From the NCBI GenBank assembly GCA_043228905.1, contig JBHGNT010000007.1:6758001-6822000 (forward strand): DNA of 64,000 nt, written 5' to 3'. The notes below the pieces were generated by a model, which saw only the letters and a program-made list of their open reading frames with translations, was not told the origin of the DNA and ran no database searches. Positions within the stretch are counted from its first letter, which is position 1. Each line of letters opens with the position of its first letter. Position numbers and translations under genes: made by a program. This DNA comes from Azolla caroliniana (lineage: Eukaryota > Plantae > Polypodiophyta). Shown here piece after piece: positions 11,962 through 26,068 of the stretch.

Positions 11962-13655
11962 ATCCCCCGTAATGGGCGTATACAACAAGAATCTGTAAAT
12001 TAAAGAACAAACAAATTTACAGATTTATACAAAAGGATGTTGCACAAATCGGCTCATAGTCGAATCGGCAATGGCCAGAAAACAAGAGTCGGATCAACTA
12101 GAAGTACTAAAGCCGAATCCCGAAAGTGTTGAGGTTGATTGTCTGAAAGCATCCTTAGTGTTCGACTTGATAGGACTGATATTTCCTTACACCCAAAATT
12201 GATCAACCGGAAGACATTTGGTCATCCCATCTACTACATTGTCGGCCATAAGAATTTTCTCGAGGCCAAGCTTTCCTGAAATGACACAGTCCCGAATGAA
12301 ATGATATCGAACGTCGATATGTTTCGAGGCGTTATGGTGAACCAGATTCTTCGATAAGGCGACAACTCCTTTACTGTCCTTGTAGACCACTAGAGCCGAA
12401 TTGGAGTCAGCTAGTCAAAATGTACATGCCAACTGGCCAAGCCACATGGCCTCTTCTGTTGTGTCGGGTGTGACTACATATTCAGCCTCAGTCGTTGATG
12501 TGGCTGTGCATTCTTGAAATTTTGTGCTCTAATGTCAAATCTGAAGAAGTAGTCGGTTGTCGACTTTCAATTGTCCAAGCAGCGGGCGAAGTCCGAGCCA
12601 ATGTAGCCGACAATGCCTGAGATTTGGTTCAGGTTGAATAGGATGTCATGGTCTTTTGTGCCCACCAAATATTTGAACACATGCTTTACTGCATTCCAAT
12701 GCGACCAGTCGGGATTATGCATAAATCTATTGACGACTCCTATGGCGTGAGCTATGTCTGGCCGTGTTGCAACCATCGCATACATCAAGGAGCCGACAAC
12801 TGGTGTATCAAGCACCGGTTTCATAGTTTCCCCCTCCAGACCGGATGCCGACAACCAAAGGCTAATCGGGAGTGAGGTCGATGTAGATTTCGTTGATTGC
12901 ATGTTGAAGCGTTCCAAGACATATCCAATATAGTCAGCTTGAGACATAAATAGTTGTTGTTGATTCCGAAGCCGACTAATCTTCATCCCCAGAATGTGTC
13001 TTGCCAAACCAAGGTCCTTCATGGCAAACTTCAACCGCAATTGCTGGACTTGTCCGGGGAGCTCTCCTGCATGTTAGTCGGAGAGTAGCATGTCATCCAG
13101 ATAGATGATGAGGAAGATGGGTGATCCATCTCGAGTTGTTTTGGTGAAGAGGTAGTGGTCCTCATCGATCTTGGAGAAGTAGACAGATTGGATGAAGTCG
13201 TTGAACTTCATTTACCATTGTCATGGTGCCTGCTTTAGGCCGTATAGACTCTTTCAGATCAACTCTAAGTCTTCGGCTACCACGACGACGAGCATGGACC
13301 AAAGGGTCGTCATTTTCACCACTGGTGAAACGATTTCGTCGAAGTCAACGCCATATTCCTGCTGGAATCACTTTGTTACTAATCTGGTTTTGAATTATGG
13401 GTTGGCCTAATCAAACGTCCCTTTTAGTCTCTAGAACCACTTGCAGAGAAGAGCAAGTCATTTTTTTAGTAATTTGACCACACCCCAAGTCTTGTTTTGC
13501 CAGATGGAGTTCATTTCGAACTCCATCGTTAGATGCCATGTGGCCGAATCGGCAGAGGCGAATGCGTCTTCGTATGACGTTGGCTCACCGGCCGTGAAGA
13601 AGATTCCAAGATAGTACCTCTCTAGGGGCTACGACAGTCTCTCACATATGCCTGG

Positions 13656-16600
13656 TGTTGAGAATCAAGCTCAACTTGTTCTAGTGTGTGAACTCACCTT
13701 GAGAGTGAATAGACACTCAAACGGTCAAGAGTCACCATTATGTCACCACTTTGTATTCTAGCATTTAGTATGAGTCATAGAATCATATTCTATGACACAT
13801 AACTTATGAGCTTTCACATTCCCCATGCTCCATGAGTCTTGTAGTTAATGAAGAGAGAGGGTGACTATATAAAGAACCCTCCTCCCACCTTGTTGTTAGC
13901 CAACCGGCAAGGAGTGGAGGACAGTCCAGAATGTGAAAGGGCAGGAATATTCGGAAGCTGTTATTAGGATATTAAGTAATTAAGTATATTTTGAGAAGTG
14001 AACGAACGGATCAGAATCGATATGTCAATCCGGATCTGAACCGGTTCTTATTAGTGTGCCGGTTGGCACTGTTTTGTATGTAAAGCCGGTGATCTATAAA
14101 AAGGCCCAGTCACATTGTTAATGACGACGGATAATTAATAAAGCTCTATTGTCTAATCTCTTTGTATTGATTGTTGTTCAGTGCTAATTACTTTCTATCT
14201 TACGCGTGTATTAAGATTCATGATATGTGGCTTAAGTAACCGATATAGGTCTGATTAGTCGTCGGTCTAACTCTATCTCACCGTAACACCCTTTGGTGAA
14301 GTGTCTTCCGTAAACACCCTGTGTCAAGCTATTGACCGGCCCTTAGGTATAGGTCTGATTAATCGTGGGTCTAACTCTATCTCACCATAACACCCTTTGG
14401 TAAAGTGTCTTCCGTAGACACCCTGTGTTAGGCTATTGCTTAGGAGTAACACTTGTATAATGTTGAGTCTTTCTCCTTTGTTAATATACTTTACCTTACG
14501 TATTCTCTGTGTCTTACTCCTTGTCTCTCTCACTCTCTCTCTCTCTAATACACACACACAATTCAAATCTATTCCGTTCCACAGAATCCATCTCTTAATT
14601 CTTTACATGGTATCAGAGCGAGGTTGGTAGCTTGATCTAGCCCATTCGCCTCATCGTGATCGTGTGTTGTGCTCCACGCCGACGACCAAGAACCGGCTCA
14701 TCGCTATCGTAGCTTCGCTACATAGCTCGCATTCGAAGAGAGAAGAAGAAGAGGAAGAAGAAGAATCGACATAATGAATACTCAAATGGGGAGCACTCTC
14801 CCTACCGAGACGTTGGATCGAAACAACTTCTCATCTTGGGAGTACAAGATGCACCAATACTTGGTCGGACAAGGCTATTAGAGCTACATCAAAGGAGTGC
14901 ACGAAGACCGACCCGTCGAAACGGCTCCCGGATACGCGACATGGGAGCAAGCCGCAAGCCGAGTAATGTATTGCTTGGCGACATGTGTTCACGACCACAT
15001 GCTCGGTTACATTCGAGAAGCCGAGACGCCGAAGGAAGCGTGGGAAAATCTACGAAAGATTTTCGCCGCCAACACGACCGCGAGGAAGCTTCAACTCCGC
15101 CAAGAGTTGAACAACATCCAACAACGGGACATGTCTATCACGACATACACTTTGAAGATCAAGGAGCTTTGCGACTCGCTCGGCTCGATAAGCATAAATA
15201 TCAATGATGATGAGATGGTGCAAATATGCATCGGCGGCCTCGCACCACGGTTCGGCGCGATGCGAACCGCCATTCTAGCAAGGGAGAAATCTCCCTCCTT
15301 CTTCGAGCTCCAATCAATGCTATTGGTCAAAGAAAACCACGTGCGTAGAAGGAGCAATGAATCGGAAGGCCACATGCTCTACACGCATTCGAACGGAGGA
15401 AGAGGACGCGGACAAGCGAGAGGCCGATTCGGCCAAGAACAAGGCGGATGAGGTCCGACCTATGACAACAACTCCCAATTTCGGCCACAAAACGGAAGCC
15501 AACGTGGAACCTTCACAAGAAGGGGGAGCTTCCACTCCAGCCCGAGCCGTCAAAACGCAACCAAATGCGGATATTGAGAAAAGCTCGACCACCACGAAGA
15601 AGAGTGTTGAAAGAAGATGTGCGAACCGGCTTCCACAAGCCGATAACTCACGAATTACGCACACAATTCCGACTACGAAGAGTATAGTGGAATGTACGGG
15701 CACAACTCCGACGACGAAAATCGTGGCGGAATGTATGCACACAACTCCGACCGTGGCGGAATGTTCATGATGAAACATAGAGCAAACTCTATGTCGGCCT
15801 CTACCTCAACTAGTGCCCTCAATCCGAAGGACATATGGTTTGTTGACTCTGGAGCCTCAAACCATATGACATCTCATAAAGAATGGTTTCTCGAACTTCG
15901 AGAGCCGGAGCGACCCGGTTATGTCGAAACCGGAGATGACACTACGCACCTGATTCGGCTCATCGGCAATGTTCCGTTCGACGAAAGAGGTAAGCAAACA
16001 TACATTAAAATTGTCTTGCATGCTCCCATCATCATGAAGGATTTGGTCTCGGTCAGCCAAATGGTTGAGCAAGGGATGCAAGTACGATTCGACCAAGAAG
16101 GGTGCTTCATCGAAAAAGAGGGCCGAATCATCGCGCGTAGAAGAAGAGAGGGCCGGATGTTTATTCTCGATTCACACGAGATGAAATCCGCCATATTCGC
16201 AAAAAAGCACGAAAGCCGACTCTGACATAGAGCTATGGCACAAGCGAATCGGCCACATCAATCTCAACAAACTCAAAGCAATGAAATCGAAAGGAGTCGT
16301 CACCGGACTCCCGACATTCAAAGAGAAGGAGATTGAAGGTGTATGCGAAGCGTGCCAATTCGGCAAGCAACACCGACACCCATTCCCGAAAGAGTGGAAC
16401 GTGAGCAAAGGTCTACTTGACGTAGTCTATTCCACGGTTGCGGAATCCACCCATTATTGCGTAGTATCTTCAGTACTCCCCCTCAAGCTTGGCAGGTCAG
16501 GGATCGTCAATCCGAGATTGGTCATGAATTGCCATATCTTGTCGGCTCCTAAGGCTTTAGTGAAGATGTCGGTCATTTGAAGATTTGTGCTAATGTGTTG

Positions 16601-19600
16601 TAGGTCGACATCGCCAGCTAGAACGCGCTCTCGGATTAAGTGATAGTGCACTTCGATGTGCTTTTCTACGCGTGGAACACCGGGTCCGAGCCAGATAGAT
16701 ACTGCTCATGTTGTTGCAGTAAAGGGAAGTCAGATCCTTGATGGGTACGCCCAGATCCTTGAGTATCCTTTTGAGCCATACGGCTTCGCATGCAGCCACT
16801 GTCACACCCATGCATTCCGCTTCTGTGCTCGAAAGGGCGACATTTGGTTGCTTTTTGGTGCTCCAGGATATTGCTCCACTACCGAGGGAAAAAACAAATC
16901 CGGAGGTTGATCTTCTATCGGCTTTGTAGCCGGCCCAATCGACGTTTGTGTACCCCTCGAGTCGTATTGGCATCACGGTCTTGTAGAGGATGTCGCAACC
17001 CATTGTGCCGCTCACGTATCGTAAGACTCGCTTAGCGCAATCCAAGTGGGTATCACGCGGTGTTTGCATGAATTGACTAAGGAGACTGACCGGATAACTG
17101 AGATCGGGTCGAGTGATTGTGAGGTAGATGAGCCTCCCAATGAGTTGCCGATACTGAGTCGGCTCACACGCTTTGGTGCCGGAGTTCGCATCTAGTTTGA
17201 GATTGCGATCGAGCGGGGTTACCGTGCATTTGCACTCAGCCATCCTAAACTTGTATAACAAGTTGAGGATGTAGTGTCGTTGAGAGATCATGATTCCGGC
17301 CGGAGTCCGAGTTACCTCGATGCCGAGGAAGTAGTGGAGCTCCTTCATGTCCGTCATCTCGAACTTTCGGAAAGGAGGGTTTTGACCTTATTGATTTCGA
17401 CGAGATGCTCACCTCCAATGACTAGGTCATCCACATATAAGATGATGACGATCGGAGTAGCGGAATCGTTGGGGATGTACACGTACGCTATCACGCCGAA
17501 TATTCGGGTGTGCGATAAGTCCGGCTTCTTTCCGAAGTATCTTTCGTGCGGAGTGAACTCGTGCACTCCGGATGTTGTGCACCGATTCATTAGGTAGACG
17601 GCCGTATTTGCAGCTTCGGCCCAATATGACTTGGGCATATGCTTCTCGTTCATCATGGCCCGCGCTACTTCGAGGATGTGCCGATTTTTGCGCTCGGCTA
17701 CTCCGTTTTGTTGTGGAGTGTGTCGGCACGTGAATTCTCGCCGAATTCCTTCCTTTCAGAGATACGTCGTGAAATCGTCCGAGAAGTACTCCTTGCCGCC
17801 ATCCGATCGAAGGCATCATCCATGACAACCAGTGGCTTTTTCGACTTCGTTTTTAAACCTTTGGAAGTGTCCGAACACTTCACTCTTTTGTCGCATCGGA
17901 TAGAGCCACGTGTGCCTAGAGAAGTCATCGATGACGAGCACGTAATATCGGCATCCGCCAAATGTAGTCGTATGCGCCGATCCCCATACGTCAGAATGGA
18001 CTACGTCGAGTAGACCTTTGCTCACGTTCCGCTCTTTCGGGAATGGGTGTCGGTGTTGCTTGCCGAATTGGCACACATCGCATACACCTTCAATCTCCTT
18101 CTCTTCTTCCACGCGCGATGATTCGGCCCTCTTTTTCGATGAAGCACCCTTCTTGGTCGAATCGTACTTGCATCCCTTGCTCAACCATTTGGCCGACCGA
18201 GACCAAATTCTTTGTGATGATGGGAGCATGCAAGTCAATTTTAATGTATGTTTGCTTACCTCTTTCGTCGAACGGAACATTGCCGATGAGCCGAATCAGG
18301 TGCGTAGTGTCATCTCCGGTTTCGACATAACCGGGTCGCTCCGGCTCTCGAAGTTTGAGAAACCATTCTTTATGAGATGTCATATGGTTTGAGGCTCCAG
18401 AGTCAACAAACCATATGTCCTCCGGATTGAGGGCACTAGTTGAGGTAGAGGCCGACATAGAGTTTGCTCTATGTTTCATCATGAACATTCCGCCACGGTC
18501 AGAGTTGTGTGCATACATTCTGCCACAATTTTCGTCGTCGGAGTTGTGCCCGTACATTCCACTATACTCTTCGTAGTCGGAATTGTGTGCGTAATTCGTG
18601 AGTTATCGGCTTGTGGAAGCCGGTTCGCGCATCTTCTTTCAGCACTCTTCTTCGTGGTGGCCGAGCTTTCCGCAATATCCGCATTTGGTTGCGTTTTGAC
18701 GGCTCGGGCCGGAGTGGAAGCTCTCCCTTCTTGTGAAGGTTCCACGTTGGCTTCCGTTTTGTGGCCGAAATTGGGAGTTGTTTTCATAGGTCGGACCTCA
18801 TCCGCCTTGTCCTTGGCCGAATCGGCCTCTCGCTTGTCCGCGTCCTCTTCCTCCGTTCGAATGCGTGTAGAGCATGTGGCCTTCCGATTCATTGCTCCTT
18901 CTACGCACGTGGTTTTCTTTGACCAATAGCATTGATTGGAGCTCGAAGAAGGAGGGAGATTTCTCCCTTGCTAGAATGGCGATTCGCATCGCGCCGAACT
19001 GTAGTGCGAGGCCGCCGATGCATATTTGCACCATCTCATCATCATTGATATTTACGCTTATCGAGCCGAGCGAGTCGCAAAGCTCCTTGATCTTCAAGGT
19101 GTATGTCGTGATAGACATGTCCCGTTGTTGGATGTTGTTCAACTCTTGGCGGAGTTGAAGCTTCCTCGCGGTCGTGTTGGCGGCGAAAATCTTTCGTAGA
19201 TTTTCCCATGCTTCCTTCGGCGTCTCGACTTCTCGAATGTAACCGAGCATGTTGTTGTGAAAACATGTCCCCAAGCAATACATTACTCGGCTTGCAGCTT
19301 GCTCCCATGGCGCGTATCCGGGAGCCGCTTCGACGGGTCGGTCTTCGTGCACTCCTTTGATGTAGCTCCAATAGTCTTGTCCGACAAGGTATTGGTGCAT
19401 CTTGTACTCCCAAGATGCGAAGTTGTTTCGATCCAACTTCTCGGTAGGGAGAGCACTCCCCATTTGAGTATTCATTATGTCGATTCTTCTTCTTGTTCTT
19501 CTCTCTTCGAATGCGAGCTATGTAGCGATGCTACGATAACAATGAGTCGGTTCTTGGTCGTCGGCGTGGAGCACAACACACGATCACGATGAGACGAACG

Positions 19601-20030
19601 GGCTAGATCAAGCTACCAACCTTGCTCTGATACCATGTAAAGAATTAAGAGATTGATTCTGTGGAGCGGAATAGATATGAACTATGAGTGTGTGTATGAG
19701 AGAGAGAGAGAGTGAGTTAGAGAGACAAGGAGTAAGGCACAGAGAATACGCAAGGTAAAGTATATTAACAAAGGAGAAAGACTCAACATTATACAAGGTG
19801 GGAGGAGGGTGCTTTATATAGTCACCCTCTCTCTTCATTAACTACAAGACTCATGGAGCATGGGGAATGTGAAAGCTCATAAGTTATGTGTCATAGAATA
19901 TGATTCTATGACTCATACTAAATGCTAGAATACAAAGTGGTGACATAATGGTGACTCTTGACCGTTGGAGTGTCTATTCACTCTCAAGGTGAGTTCACAC
20001 ACTAGACCAAGTTGAGCTTGATTCTCAACA
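13656..20030. mobile_element. Fold-back copia D: two inverted LTR-PBS-gag-PR-IN arms around a deleted IN/RT/RNase H spacer
   Basis: TGTTGAGAATCAAGCTCAAC at 13656 (+) and its reverse complement ending at 20030; PBS at 14608-14619 (+) and about 19624-19635 (-); gag ATG at 14774 (+) and 19475 (-); orientation switches near 16434. Confidence 0.88.
13894..14451 (+). mobile_element. Solo LTR (558 bp) inserted in the left LTR of copia D
   Basis: TGTTAG...GTAACA termini, TSD CTTGT (13889-13893 and 14452-14456), absent from the right-arm LTR, internal duplication of about 100 bp (14245-14440). Confidence 0.88.
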
Positions 20031-20385
20031 AGCGTCTTCCGTCAAAATTGAGCTCTTCGATTTAGAGTAGCTTACGACCATTCTGAATGCGTTGCACACA
20101 ATGGTGACATAGGTTTCCCAAGACAGATGTAGGTTGCTCATCAATACAAGAGCTTTTAGCTCGTCTTCTATAGTGACCCCTTGAGCCGACAATTGGGAAC
20201 TCAAAATTCTCATATTCGTTTATGTGTACCTGGATGAATCAGATTCTTTCATCTAAAGGTTGTAGAGGCACCGAATCAGATATATCTTGGTTGCGGTCAC
20301 CTTCTTTTCATAGGTGTCTGACGATGTATTCTAGAGTTGGAAGACCGTCGAACATGATTGCACTGTGAAGTACACTAACTCTGAT

Positions 20386-22225
20386 TGTCATGAACATCGA
20401 CTTGAACTCGAACCTAGGTCCTTGTGTGTATATATATATTTCTCCTAAGCAAACTTTAGACTTTAACCTTTGTATAAAGGGTAGTATGTAAGACTCAATA
20501 TGTATGACTTGGCATACAACTTACAAGTATTAGCATGCTTGATATTATAGTATGTAAGACTGAGTATGTATGACTTGGCATTGAAGTATGAGCATACTTA
20601 GCATGCATCACTTCATGTATAAAAAGGATTGATCTCCATTGTTAACATCAAGGAGAAGAACACCAATCATGGAATATGTATTCTCACTCATTGTCATCAA
20701 CTTCCTCATCTCTCTATCTCATCAACTTCCCCATCTCCCTATCTTCCATTCATCTGTGATAGATTTATCTCCTTCCTTCTTTTTCTTCTTTCTCAATACA
20801 CTATTATGTCATAATCATCTAGTAATATAGACCAAATTCTGGTAGCCCTCCAACAACTCCAACATGAGAATGCGAACTTGCGAAATTCCGTCCAAGAACT
20901 TCAGGTGGCCACAACGGTCATACCTCACCCAATTGTTGACCCTTCTATCGTAGAACCCAATGTCATCTTGCCAGATAAATTCGATGGAACAAGGTCACGA
21001 TTAAGAGACTTCATCACCGAGATATGCCTTATTATTCGTCTTTAGCTCCGACGCTATTCTGATGACTTTCAACGAGTCAGGCTCATCGACACGTTGTTGA
21101 CATGACAAGTCCAATCCTAGTTTTCCCCTCTAGTGGAAACCTCTTCGCCCCTCTTGACCGACTTCCAAGCATTTCTTACCAAATTTGATGCAACTTTAGA
21201 ACAAACTATATGCGTCACAACAAGGAAAACATGTGAAATCAATCTGTGTTTGAATTTCGTCAACTCATGTGCAATGTCGAATGGGATGGACAAACCCTCC
21301 TCGATCAATTTCGTCGAGGATTACGAGGTGAGATAAAAAATCTTTTGCTTAACTTTCCTGAGCCCACATCTTTGAATTAGGCTATCTCCCAAGATGTGCG
21401 CTGCGACAACCGTCTCTTTGAGAGGAACATCCTCACAGAATCCATCCACCTTGGTCAGCCGTTACACGATGTCACCTACCGTGGTTGACGACCCTACCTC
21501 CCATGTCATCCTCCACTTCCTCTTCAAATCCCGCCATAGATTCTAGCTCCCCAATGGAGATCGATCGAATTCACTACCGACCATTGAATAACGCGCAACG
21601 ACAACATCGACGGGCCAACAATTTATATTTCTATTGTGGCAACTCCAACAATTTGATCCGCTCTTGCCCAAAAAAGGGACCCCGTCAAACACCACATTGC
21701 GTGGATGGGGTTGATATTTTCGGCCAATAGGAAAAATCCAATATGCAGTTGTAGTAGGGGATGTGCATATGGACCACAAGAGTTGACAATTGTGTCGAGG
21801 GCCCAATAGTCTGGCTTCCTCGACAACAAGCTTCACGCTTCTTATCACTCTCCAATTTGGCTCTACCACTCTGAAGACAAAAGCTTTGTTGGATTCAGTG
21901 GCGACGTCGTGCTTTATTGACATCATGTTTGTGCAGACACACAACATTCCAAGCAACAAAATAACTCTCCCGATTCCAGTGGAAGTAATCGACGGTGCTT
22001 ACTTGGCATTGAAGTAAGACTGAGTATGTATGACTTGGCATTGAAGTATGAGCATAGTTAGCATGCATCATTTCATGTATAAAAAGGGTTTATCTCCCTT
22101 GTTAACATCAAGGAGAAGAACACCAGTCATGGACTAGGTATTCTCACTCATTGTCATCAACTTCCTCATCCCTCTATCTCATCAACTTCCCCATCTCCCT
22201 ATCTTCCATTTGTTCATCCGTGACA
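20386..22225 (+). mobile_element. Internally deleted Ty3/gypsy element related to chromovirus F, inserted in copia C gag
   Basis: TGTCATGA...CGTGACA ends, TSD CTGAT/CTGAC, LTR about 20386-20761 partly repeated at 22000-22225, decayed gag (PDKFDGTRSR, PMEID, RRANNLYFYCG) and protease (ALLDSVATSCFID); RT and IN missing. Confidence 0.82.
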
Positions 22226-23162
22226 CTGACAAGTGCATCCAAATGGTGGCCCGAACAATTCGATCTAATTTTGTCCACTCATTCGGCTTGTATGCTTGTG
22301 GAGGATTTCTGAACTTGATCGGATCTATCTGACCTTTGACAATCAAGTATTCATGCATTTGTTCATTCTAGAAGATGAAGTTCGACCCGTAGAACTTCCT
22401 TAGACTCATCTCCGATGAGTCGGATGTTGTTGTCGTTTTGTGTCGGCTTGGGAAACTCTGTTCGAAGTCGACTACGAACAGTGGTATGGTGCAACCGGCT
22501 GGCTCACCCAAATTTGTTCTATCCGGATTTGGACACAAGCCGGATCGATTTCAAATGTCGGCTTGTTTGGTCCAAAGTGGCTATAGCCAATTTCGTGCCT
22601 AACTGAATTGAACCCGATTTTGCCGATTAGGTTTCGGATGGTGCTTAACTAAACCTGGCCAAAGTGACTACAGTTGGCACACCCAAATTCGTTCTATCCG
22701 GCGAGCTCACCCAATTGGCTTGTCTGAATATTGCCTAGTCGAATGGACCATGGATGGGGTTGTGCTTTGGGCCTGATCTGCTTCAAACGGTTACAACGAG
22801 CGAGTGAGTAGTGTCAGATGACCTATCTAATTGTCCTCTAACCTGATGAAGCGCGATTAAGGCTGATTCGATGAAAAGCTTACTCCGAGCAACTATAATC
22901 ACGGATGCAAAGTACAACTAGTTGGCTTACTTCAAGAGTGATCTAGTACAATGGAGTACGGGTTTTCAAGTGTTTCTTCTCTAGAAATGTGATCTTGTGG
23001 GGAGTTACTGGCCAAAAGATTTCATTCCGACTGAAATCTTAGAATTTGTTTTACCAAATGAAGTCAACCAAAAAATCTTCAGGGGATACCAGAGAATAAG
23101 TGTTGATGAAGACAAGAAGACAACCCGACTACAGAATTAAAACCTCAAGCTTTGATACCAAA

Positions 23163-23535
23163 TGTGGTAAGCGCAGCCGTCAATGCGGAACATGATCAAC
23201 ACTCTTCAGTTGAAGAACACCCAATTGATGCAGATAAGAGGGACAAATAAGAAGAATAGATTGTATAACAAAGACAACATCACTAGATTCAAGATCAAAG
23301 ACAAGGCAAGAGAGAGAAAATAGAGAGGCACAAAAATTTATTTATGCTATTCTCAAATGTTACAGAATACAAGGATGTCACAAACTCAACAAGATCATGA
23401 CGAACTAGGTTACCAAGCCAGTTATATACCAACTGGGCTAGGGAATTGCACTTTGACATATTTACGTAATTGTCCTAAACCTAGTTTGTCCAATGGGATA
23501 GTGTGAATACGTCCATTATACACTCGTATTTGAAA
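23163..23535 (-). repeat. 5' LTR of copia C
   Basis: Direct repeat of 11585-11961; adjacent to PBS TGGTATCAAAGC on the minus strand. Confidence 0.85.
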
Positions 23536-23540
23536 GGTGC

Positions 23541-24600
23541 AACATGGATTTATAACAAGGATGGATATCTAACACAATATGCTAATCATTCAAATGACTG
23601 TAGACTAGCCTAGGGAGTCTACCCAAGAATTGATCACGAAACAACTAGATTTCGAAAATGGTTTGGTTGTTTATAAGAGAATTAATGGGTGCAATGGGTT
23701 CGGAGAGTGAATGGAGAAATAGTTGATACATTGTTGGACGAGTCAACATTGCATATGTTTCTCAATGGTGGTGTTACCCAACCCATTCCACTTCAAAAAT
23801 CATTGACATAAGGATGCCTATTAAGTACATTACTTTTTGTAATTGTAGATAATCCCATTCTAAAAGTGTCAGAGAATATGGCAAGCAAGGCAGAGGAAAT
23901 TCGTTGGATTTCAAGATCCCTGTGCTACTCAACACGAGTAGATGATCACATTATGTTTTTGGGTCTTAATTGAGATAACATTGATAAAGCCATGATAGTT
24001 TGAAAACTATGCCATTACTTTATATTTGAGCCTCAATAGGTGAAAATTGGTGCCCACTCATTCTGAAATAGGAAACTTCAAAATCTAAATTGGGCAAGAA
24101 TGTCTATTCAACATGGGATAATTTGTCATCAATTTAGGCTATTATGGTTCCTATGGTTTAGTACTTATTGCCTCTATTAAGAATGTAAAGAAACACGATT
24201 GACATGCTTTTATCTTCCTTGATTGTCAATTGTCAATCGTCTTCTTCTTCTTCTTCTTTGGTGGTGAAGAATATTATTGCCTCTATTCTTTTTTGGGTGG
24301 TGAGACTAACCATAGGCACGTCATCATGGAAGATAAATATTGTTAGAGGTACGAATTTTTTACCCAGTCAATAGATTTCCAGTTTTCCCACATTTAATTC
24401 AATTTGGAAGTATATTTTCACGGTGTCGGTGTAGGAATCCATGGAAGGGGTCAAAAACAACTTTCCAATGGGTGTTTCTACATGCAATGCTTGTTTTCCA
24501 ATTCTTGACGTATTTAGGTCTATGGCATGATTGGAGGATGCAAACCATATTTGTTTTTTATGGGGATGCAAAAATATAAGAGGAGAATAAGAGGTAATTT
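23541..24600 (+). mobile_element. Decayed LINE ORF2, RT continuation
   Basis: Resumes right after the TSD with QHGFIT, then QLDFE, *GCLLSTLLFVI (RQGCPLSPLLF-like) and VDD; 3' limit approximate. Confidence 0.65.
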
Positions 24601-25984
24601 GTTGTGGCAATTTTCATTATTGTCATTGGAGGAGAACCAAATTCGTCCCCTAATTTGCTAGCATCATGGATTGGTTAATAATAAAATTCAAAGTGTTGCA
24701 CATGTTTTGATTGCATGTCACAACGTTATGTCAAGGTTAGGTGCCACTACAACAAGGTACTCTATTCAGATATACGTTTAATATGTACAACAAAAACTTT
24801 TGATGCGAGAACAACAAGAGCATTTAGAGCTCCTCTATTCACATTGATTTTTATAATTCCAAAGTAGTGTTTTCTCGTGGGCTATTTTTTGCGAAGGCTT
24901 TTGACATCATATATGTCTATTATGATATTTATTATGAATAGTAATAACAATGTACCTAAACACAATTCTAGGTAATATATGAACCATCCGATGTAGACGC
25001 TCACACAAACTTTGATTGAGAGGGACAAAGAACTACAAAAAAAAAAAAGACGAAGAAATTGTCGGTGGGAGAAAAGGTGATGGATATATACAATTTGTGG
25101 GAGAAGAAAAAGAAGAAGAAGCAATGCAAGAAGTATGTTGACACTTTTTTCTTCATAACCTTTAATTGAATTGCGGGGCCCTTTCTCAAAATCGTGTTGC
25201 AATGAATCGGAATCGGACAAAGAAAGAAAGAGAGCAAGAAACGAATGGGGGGTTAAGAGAACAAAAAAGGAGCCGATCTTCTTCTAGCCTGTGCCTTCTT
25301 GCGATCGATTTAGCAAGTCTTGTGATATGTCATGGATGTATTTTGTATAATTGGTTCCGAAACTCAGATGCCAGTCGTGGGGAGAGGGGTTCCACACACG
25401 GGAGAGGAGAAGGAGGCGAGATGATGAGTTTTCTCGGGACATGGTGCGGGTGCATGAACATATAGGTTTTGGTCGTGGTTGTGGTATGATTGAGACAAGA
25501 CAAGACAAGGCAAGACAAACGGAGTCGGGTCGTTCCCGTGTGCCCGAGTGACGGTTTTGATCGTCATTTGTCGGGGAGACGAGACGAGGCTCGTGTTTCG
25601 ATCGTTCTGTCTGTCCGAGTGACGGTTTTGATCATCGTCTGTTGTGGTATGATTGAGAGTGGGTAGACAGGCAGACAAGACAAACGGAGTCAGGAATCGG
25701 TCCATCCAGAATGTAGCGTTGGTCGGGATGGCCTGGCCCCCCCCCCGCACACCTCCTCTTCTTTGCAAGGAGAAACCACCCACCCAACACTACCACCACC
25801 TAGAGAGAGAGAGAGACTAAAGAGAGAGAGAGAAACAAAGAGGAGGAGGAGGAGAAAGAAAGAAAGAAGAAGAAGAAGCAGAAAAAAGGAAGAAAAAACA
25901 AAGAAGAAGAAGGAAGAAGAAGGAGGAAGAAGAAGAGTAAGTCACAGTCCACAGAAAAACCACTCTCTCTCTCTCTCTCTAATC

Positions 25985-26068
25985 GGCACGTGCGGGAAAA
26001 ATATACATCCCCCCCCTCCTTCTCTGTGTTTCGCTCTGTTTCTTACCCTAACCCTAACCCTAACCCTC
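25985..26068 (+). promoter_or_regulatory. ARF-GAP proximal promoter/5' UTR motifs: G-box and telomere-like ACCCTA repeats
   Basis: CACGTG at 25987-25992, (ACCCTA)n at 26045-26067, CT-rich leader before the ATG at 26156. Confidence 0.5.

Larger units (their letters stand above)
11585..23535 (-). mobile_element. Old Ty1/copia element C inserted in the LINE; hosts two nested elements
   Basis: LTRs 11585-11961 and 23163-23535, TSD GGTGT/GGTGC, PBS at 23149-23160, PPT near 11962-11975, RNase H (SKHIDVRYHFIR), RT (FAMKDLG, ATRPDIAHA), gag at 20031-20380 and 22226-22410. Confidence 0.88.
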
